Assembly (NCBI GenBank): GCA_022827785.1
Contig: JAJEIM010000004.1
Coordinates: 7,409-71,408 of the forward strand
Origin: Acidimicrobiia bacterium
Lineage (GTDB): Bacteria; Actinomycetota; Acidimicrobiia; Spongiisociales; Spongiisociaceae
Direction: 5' to 3'
Length of the DNA stretch: 64,000 nt
Position numbers and translations under genes: made by a program. Shown here piece by piece: positions 58,332-64,000 of this stretch (position 1 is its first letter; the number at the start of each line of letters is the position of its first letter). The notes beneath the pieces were generated by a model. That model worked only from the letters and a program-made list of their open reading frames with translations. It was not told the origin of the DNA and did not search any database.

Positions 58332-58417
58332 GAGGTCACTCTAGCGAACATATGTTCGGGGCGTCAAGTACCCGCAGTCAATCCCCTCTGGACAGGACGG
58401 ACCCGAACATGAGTTCG
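58311..58417. promoter_or_regulatory. Three LexA SOS boxes
   Basis: CAAACATATGTTCG at 58311, CGAACATATGTTCG at 58345 and CGAACATGAGTTCG at 58404. Confidence 0.88.
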
Positions 58418-58477
58418 GGATTTTGGGAAGTCTGCGGTAGAGTGCTAGACGACAACGATTGCCAAGGAGTGCCGACC

Positions 58478-59179
58478 ATGCCGACCAGCGCAGCCTTCAC
58501 CGGAGGCCGGGGACCGGGGGAACCGACCGACCTGCCGCCCCGGCAGCAACAGATCCTCGAGTTGATCCAGCAGAGGGTGGCAAAGCAGGGTTACCCGCCC
58601 TCGGTGCGGGAGATCGGGGAATATCTGGGCCTCCGCTCGCCCGCCAGCGTCCACCGCCACCTCAAGGGTCTGGAAGACGCAGGCCATATCAGGCGTGACT
58701 CCACCAAGCCCCGCGCCATCGTGGTGCTGACCCGGAGCGCGGACGAACCGGCCCTTCCATCGGCGACGACCCGTGACGTTCCACTCCTGGGGCGGATCGC
58801 GGCCGGCGCGCCGATCCTGGCCGAGGAGAACGTCGAGGAAGTCATGCCCCTGCCCCAGTCGCTGGTGGGGACCGGGGGACCGCTCTTCATGCTCGAGGTG
58901 CGGGGGGACTCGATGGTCGATGCCGGCATTCTCGACGGCGACATGGTCGTGGTACGTAGCCAACCCCATGCCGAGAACGGCGAGATCGTGGCCTTCCTGA
59001 TCGAAGGCGAGGAGGCCACCGTCAAACGCTTGGAAAAGCGCCCCGGGGAGGTCGTCCTCCACTCCTCCAACCCCGACTACCCGCCAATGGTGTACAGCTC
59101 GGGGGTAGAAATCCTCGGCAAGGTAGTGGCCGTGCTACGCAGCATGGCCGCCGGTCCCTCCCGGTTCAGGCCGGGATAG
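58478..59179 (+). CDS. lexA: SOS repressor LexA
   Basis: GYPPSVREI motif, IAAG cleavage site, GDSM (catalytic Ser) and ATVK (catalytic Lys). Confidence 0.96.
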   Translation: MPTSAAFTGGRGPGEPTDLPPRQQQILELIQQRVAKQGYPPSVREIGEYLGLRSPASVHRHLKGLEDAGHIRRDSTKPRAIVVLTRSADEPALPSATTRDVPLLGRIAAGAPILAEENVEEVMPLPQSLVGTGGPLFMLEVRGDSMVDAGILDGDMVVVRSQPHAENGEIVAFLIEGEEATVKRLEKRPGEVVLHSSNPDYPPMVYSSGVEILGKVVAVLRSMAAGPSRFRPG

Positions 59180-59933
59180 TCCCCGCGAACACCGATACGG
59201 CAGGGCCTCTGATCCACGCCGCCTCGCCGGCCAATTCCACACCCAGGCTGCCACCGGGATACCGGATCTCGACAGCCGGTCCGGCTCGACCTTGGGCATG
59301 CGCCACCGCCGCAACGGCGGCCGCGCCCGTCCCGCATGCCCGGGTCTCTCCAGCCCCTCGCTCCCACACCCGCACCCGGAATGCCCCCGGACCCACCGGA
59401 GCAGCAAACTCGACGTTGACACCGCCGGGGAATGTCGGATGATCCTGCATCCGGGAACCGATCTCGCCCAGGTTCAACCCGTCGACCTCACCGGGCTCCT
59501 CCATGAACGTGACCGCGTGGGGATTGCCCACGCTCACCGAGACGAACTCGTACCCGGAGCCGGTCACGGAACCGCCGATCCGGTAGGCGCCAAGCTCCGC
59601 CCGGACGGATCCGTCTGCCATCACCTCGACTTCGCAGGGACCGGTTGGAGTGTCCACGATGAACCTACGTCCATCCACCCATCCCCGATCGAACACGTAG
59701 CGAGCCACGCATCGGAGCCCGTTGCCGCACGACTCGGCTACCGAGCCGTCCGAGTTCCAAAGGCTCATCCGGGCGGCGGCGCCGGAATGATCCGGCTCGG
59801 AGATCACGAGAACACCGTCCGCTCCGATGCCGAGGCGGCGATCGCACCACGCCCGCACCTGATCTGGGTCGGGTGTGAGGCCTTCGGTCACGACGAAGTC
59901 GTTGCCCATGCCCTCCATCTTCAGGAACTCCAA
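59166..59933 (-). CDS. dapF: Diaminopimelate epimerase
   Basis: GNDF, GADG, CGNG, GNPH and ERGAGETRACGTG motifs; TTG start inferred. Confidence 0.93.
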   Translation of the reverse strand: MEFLKMEGMGNDFVVTEGLTPDPDQVRAWCDRRLGIGADGVLVISEPDHSGAAARMSLWNSDGSVAESCGNGLRCVARYVFDRGWVDGRRFIVDTPTGPCEVEVMADGSVRAELGAYRIGGSVTGSGYEFVSVSVGNPHAVTFMEEPGEVDGLNLGEIGSRMQDHPTFPGGVNVEFAAPVGPGAFRVRVWERGAGETRACGTGAAAVAAVAHAQGRAGPAVEIRYPGGSLGVELAGEAAWIRGPAVSVFAGTIPA

Positions 59934-60868
59934 GAGGTCATCTCCCCGATCGCTCGATCGGCCGCCGCGTAGCGGACCGCCGGGTCCGGATGCCAGGCCA
60001 GCCACCTTATTCTCGGGTCGCGCCCGAAGTATGTGCGTTGTTTCCGGGCAAGGGCCATGGTGGCTCGAACGGTAGCTTCCCGCCCTTCACTAACGGTGCG
60101 GGTCCCGGCCACCACCGGAAGCATCTGGCGGTACCCCACGGCCGACGAGGCGGTCTGGCCCAGCCGGTCCGCCAGCCCGGCCACTTCCGCGACCAGCCCC
60201 GCCCCGAGCATCTGATCGATCCGGCGCTCCACCCGCTCGCGGAGCGTGTCGCCCGGGTCAACTCCGACCGCGACGAACGGCACTTCCGGCCGGTAGTTCT
60301 TCACCCGCTCGAACTCCGGATCGGCTGCCCGCTCTGTTGGAGTCCCACCCTCCAGCCGCACGATTTCGAGGGCGCGGCTCACGCGGCGGGGGTTGGCCAG
60401 ATCTACATGGTCGCCCGCCCCGGGATCCACCTCCAAGAGCTCGGCCACGGCGTCGCTGCGGGATATCCCTTCGACGGCAACCCTCACCGCCGGGTCGGAA
60501 GGCGGGAACCGTAGCGGATCCACCATTGACCGGAAGTAGAGGCCCGATCCCCCCACGATCACCACGGGCCGCTCCCGGGCCGCGATCGCGGCCATGGCCG
60601 CCCGCCCCGTCCGTTGGAACTCCGCCACCGCATAGTCCGTATCCGGATCAACCAGGTCGATCATGTGATGCCCCACCTCGGCCTGATCGGCCTGCGACGG
60701 CTTGGCTGTCCCGATGTCCATCTCCCGGTAGACCTGCATCGAGTCCACCGATACGATCTCTCCTCCCCATCGTCTGGCCAGCTCCATCCCCAGGTCGCTC
60801 TTCCCCGACGCGGTGGGTCCCAGAACGGCGATGATCCGGCTCGGGTGATGGGGCGGACCCTGAGGCAC
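59921..60868 (-). CDS. miaA: tRNA dimethylallyltransferase
   Basis: GPTASGKS, DSMQVYREMDIGTAKP and GGSGLY motifs. Confidence 0.96.
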   Translation of the reverse strand: MPQGPPHHPSRIIAVLGPTASGKSDLGMELARRWGGEIVSVDSMQVYREMDIGTAKPSQADQAEVGHHMIDLVDPDTDYAVAEFQRTGRAAMAAIAARERPVVIVGGSGLYFRSMVDPLRFPPSDPAVRVAVEGISRSDAVAELLEVDPGAGDHVDLANPRRVSRALEIVRLEGGTPTERAADPEFERVKNYRPEVPFVAVGVDPGDTLRERVERRIDQMLGAGLVAEVAGLADRLGQTASSAVGYRQMLPVVAGTRTVSEGREATVRATMALARKQRTYFGRDPRIRWLAWHPDPAVRYAAADRAIGEMTSWSS

Positions 60869-60886
60869 TAGGTCCCGCTCCGGGCC

Positions 60887-62275
<1,389 letters not shown>

Positions 62276-62279
62276 GGTC

Positions 62280-63812
62280 CTACCGTGCGAAGTCGGTGAC
62301 CCGGAGCTCCCGGATCACGGTCACTTCGATCTGGCCGGGGTAACGGAGGTCGTTCTCGAGGCGTCGCGAGATGCGCCGTACCAGGTCGGTCGCCTCCAGG
62401 TCGGTCACGCTGATCGGATCGACCACCACCCGGACCTCGCGGCCAGCCTGCATGGCGAACACCCGGTCCACCCCGTCGAACTCGCTGATCAAGTCCTCCA
62501 TCTTCTCCAGCCGCCTCACATGGGAGGCCAGCTCCACCCGCCTCGCGCCCGGCCGAGCCGCGGAGACCGTGTCGGCAGCCTGCACGAGGATGGCCAGCAG
62601 GGTGCGGGGCTCCACATCGTTGTGGTGCGCCTCGATGCCATGCACCACGGGCGCCTCCTCGCCGAAACGCCGAGCGATCTCGGCGCCGATCAACGCATGC
62701 GCCCCCTCGACCTGGTACGACACCGCCTTGCCGATGTCGTGGAGGAACGCCGCCCGTTTGATCGGGACGGGATCAACCCCGAGTTCTGCCCCCAGCATGC
62801 CGGCGATGTGGGCCGACTCGACCAGGTGGCTGAGGACGTTCTGGCCGTAGGAGGTGCGGTACTTGAGGCGTCCCAGCAGGGTGACCAACTCCGGATGAAT
62901 CCGGGAGATACCTACGTCGAGCAACGCCCACTCGCCGGCGTCGCGGGCCGACTGCTCCACCTCGGCCTGTGCCTTGGCGTACATGTCCTCGATGGCGGCC
63001 GGGTGGATGCGCCCGTCCATGATCAGCTTCTCCAGCGTGATCCGGGCGATCTCCCGCCGGACGGGCTCGAAGCACGAGACCACCACCATCTCGGGCGTCT
63101 CGTCCACCACCAGATTGACACCGGTGACGGATTCGAATGCCCGGATGTTCCGACCCTCCCGGCCGATGATCCGCCCCTTCATCTCCTCCTCGGGGAGCGG
63201 AACGGCCGACACGGTGCTCTCCATGACCACCTCGGTCGACAGGCGCTCGATGGCGGTGGCAAGGATGCGCCGGGCCCGCCGGTCGGCCTCTTCACGGGCA
63301 CGCATCTCGCTGTCCCGCACCAGCAGCATCGCCTCCCGCCGGGCCTCGTCCCGGACTTGCTCGACCAACTCTTCCCGAGCGGCGCGGGCATCCAGCGCGC
63401 TGATCCGCTCCAGGTTGGCCCGGGCGCTCTCGGCGAACTCCTCGAGCTCTCCCCGAAGCTCGGATACCCCGGCCTCGCGATCGAGGAGCATCTGCTCGCG
63501 CTGCGCCAGGTTGGAGGCACGCTGCTCCAGAGTCCGTTCCCGCTGCATCAGGCGCTCCTCGGACGCGCCCACCTCCAGCTTCCTGTGTTCGAGCAGCGCC
63601 TCCTCACGCTCACGGTAGGCCTCCGCCCGAGCGCGCCCTTCATCCTCAGCCCTGCCCAGTATGCGCTGCGCCTCGCGGCGGGCGGTGTCGACGTCGACTC
63701 CACGCTCATCCAGCACCTGCCGGCGCAGACGTCCATACATCACGAGCATCGGAATCAAGCATCCGATGGCGATGAGCCCTATCCCGCACAGCACGAATAG
63801 CGTCGTATCCAT
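62280..63812 (-). CDS. rny: Ribonuclease Y
   Basis: N-terminal transmembrane helix, coiled coil, KH motif KGRIIGREGRNIR, HD motif HDIGK and SAARPGAR. Confidence 0.96.
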   Translation of the reverse strand: MDTTLFVLCGIGLIAIGCLIPMLVMYGRLRRQVLDERGVDVDTARREAQRILGRAEDEGRARAEAYREREEALLEHRKLEVGASEERLMQRERTLEQRASNLAQREQMLLDREAGVSELRGELEEFAESARANLERISALDARAAREELVEQVRDEARREAMLLVRDSEMRAREEADRRARRILATAIERLSTEVVMESTVSAVPLPEEEMKGRIIGREGRNIRAFESVTGVNLVVDETPEMVVVSCFEPVRREIARITLEKLIMDGRIHPAAIEDMYAKAQAEVEQSARDAGEWALLDVGISRIHPELVTLLGRLKYRTSYGQNVLSHLVESAHIAGMLGAELGVDPVPIKRAAFLHDIGKAVSYQVEGAHALIGAEIARRFGEEAPVVHGIEAHHNDVEPRTLLAILVQAADTVSAARPGARRVELASHVRRLEKMEDLISEFDGVDRVFAMQAGREVRVVVDPISVTDLEATDLVRRISRRLENDLRYPGQIEVTVIRELRVTDFAR

Positions 63813-64000
63813 GGAGCGGCCTCCCGGTCTCTCAATCCCCGACGACCGCCAACCGGCTGGTCAGCCTCCGTTGCAGGCCGCTAACCGGGAGAGGACACCT
63901 TCTAGGAAGGCTCAGAACTTGTCAGCAGGCCACCGGGCCCACCCCAGGGATCCGGCGCGCGGTGGGGAGTTTCCTCAGCTACGCGCCGGCGAATTCGCCT

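Noticed and set aside
63960..63985. RNase P RNA (GAGGAAACTCC on the minus strand resembles GAGGAAAGTCC)
   Set aside because: Too little space before rny, and the other conserved RNase P regions were not found.

Overview
GC-rich bacterial chromosomal segment. It is probably Actinomycetota, possibly Acidimicrobiia; this is inferred from GAAC-N4-GTTC SOS boxes, a Gly-Cys-Val tRNA cluster and the rny-miaB-miaA-dapF-lexA gene order. From left to right it contains: (1) about 20 kb of N-heterocycle/pyrimidine-type catabolic genes (CoxE-like VWA protein, class III aminotransferase, two luciferase-like oxidoreductases, SDR, nitrilase-family ureidopropionase, dihydropyrimidinase, three-subunit Mo-hydroxylase, Liv-type ABC transporter with a binding protein-permease fusion, amidohydrolase); (2) a LexA-controlled imuA-imuB-dnaE2 cassette; (3) a carnitine/betaine catabolic region, with a BCP peroxiredoxin whose catalytic Cys codon is TGA followed by a SECIS-like hairpin (probable selenoprotein, split in the ORF track); (4) four tRNAs, a secreted HNH nuclease and dut; (5) a LacI-regulated nucleoside ABC uptake operon encoding a Qng1/DUF2419 queuosine-salvage hydrolase, an MFS and a nucleoside hydrolase, with a divergent ribokinase; (6) lexA, a divergent LysM gene and housekeeping genes. 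The strongest candidates for undescribed biology are the putative queuosine/modified-nucleoside import-salvage operon, the Sec-peroxiredoxin, and the Mo-hydroxylase/hydantoinase pathway that lacks a canonical dihydropyrimidine dehydrogenase. All calls come from reading motifs by eye; no database searches were run.
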